From the NCBI GenBank assembly GCA_963709345.1, contig CAVPVX010000002.1, forward strand, positions 96,001 to 160,000: a stretch of 64,000 nt of DNA, read 5' to 3'. Numbering within the stretch: the stretch's first letter is position 1; the number at the start of each line of letters is the position of its first letter. Made by a program: the position numbers and the translations under genes. The DNA is from an uncultured Actinomycetes bacterium. GTDB lineage: Bacteria; Actinomycetota; Thermoleophilia; UBA2241. This document shows, in pieces, positions 63,520-64,000 of the stretch. The notes beneath the pieces are model-generated. The model saw only the letters and a list, made by a program, of their open reading frames with translations. It ran no database searches and was not told the origin of the DNA.

Positions 63520-64000
63520 TCAGCGGTGCGCGATGACGTCGTCGATGATGCCGTAATCCTTCGCTTCGGCCGCGCTCATGAAGTAGTCGCGCTCCGTGTC
63601 CGCGCGGACCTTGTCGATCTCCTGACCGGTGTGGTCGGCGATGATCTCGTCGAGCCGCTTGCGCAGGTTGAGGACTTCTCGCGCGTGGATCTCGATGTCT
63701 GTGGCCTGGCCCTCGTAGCCACCGGCCACCTGGTGGATGAGGACGCGGGCGTTGGGCAGCGCGAAGCGCTTGCCCTTGGCGCCACCGGCAAGCAGCAGCG
63801 CGCCCATGCTCATGGCGCTGCCGACGCAGATCGTACTCACGTCCGGCTTGATGAACTGCATGGTGTCGTAGATCGCCAGCCCCGCGTAGACGCTGCCGCC
63901 CGGGCTGTTGATGTACAGGCTGATGTCCTTGTCGGGGTCGTCGCTCTCCAGGTGGATGAGCTGCGCCACGATCAGGTTGGCGATCTCGTCGACCACGGGC
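63520..64000 (-). CDS. clpP: Clp protease proteolytic subunit (5' end outside window)
   Basis: [19 protein letters not shown] and ERDYFM motifs. Confidence 0.96.
   Translation of the reverse strand, partial: PVVDEIANLIVAQLIHLESDDPDKDISLYINSPGGSVYAGLAIYDTMQFIKPDVSTICVGSAMSMGALLLAGGAKGKRFALPNARVLIHQVAGGYEGQATDIEIHAREVLNLRKRLDEIIADHTGQEIDKVRADTERDYFMSAAEAKDYGIIDDVIAHR

Overview
A very GC-rich (visually about 70%) core-chromosome segment from an actinobacterium, most likely class Thermoleophilia. That assignment is inferred from gene order and protein style, not from a search. All ~62 credible genes are on the minus strand. In transcription order (high to low coordinate): clpP(partial)-clpX-lon-small Zn-ribbon; valS-folC; small membrane protein, YbjT-like SDR, double-Zn-ribbon membrane protein; ndk-maf-mreBCD-mrdA-rodA-DUF697-radical SAM pair-rne-rplU-rpmA-obgE-proBA-nadD-yqeK-LCP-rsfS; CAP pseudogene; LexA-controlled dinB; EF-G paralog; pdxST-yebC-ruvCAB-queH-queA-tgt-yajC; parA-ftsZ-scpAB-rluB-aroH-hisC-aroF-tyrA-cmk-plsC-ispH-DUF512-der-plsY-gpsA; metK-priA-def-fmt-rsmB(partial). 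I saw no mobile elements, CRISPR arrays or RNA genes. The best candidate for an undescribed system is an intact ftsZ lying outside the dcw cluster. It overlaps an orphan Soj/ParA ATPase gene, precedes scpAB, and carries an N-terminal peptide ([18 protein letters not shown]) resembling ParA-activating partner peptides. This suggests a direct ParA-FtsZ division-positioning module. Other points are a probable ATC start for mreB, an EF-G paralog with degenerate GTPase motifs, a LexA box centred on the dinB start codon, several leaderless genes, a homopolymer frameshift in gpsA and small unannotated proteins. All calls come from reading motifs by eye; no database searches were run.
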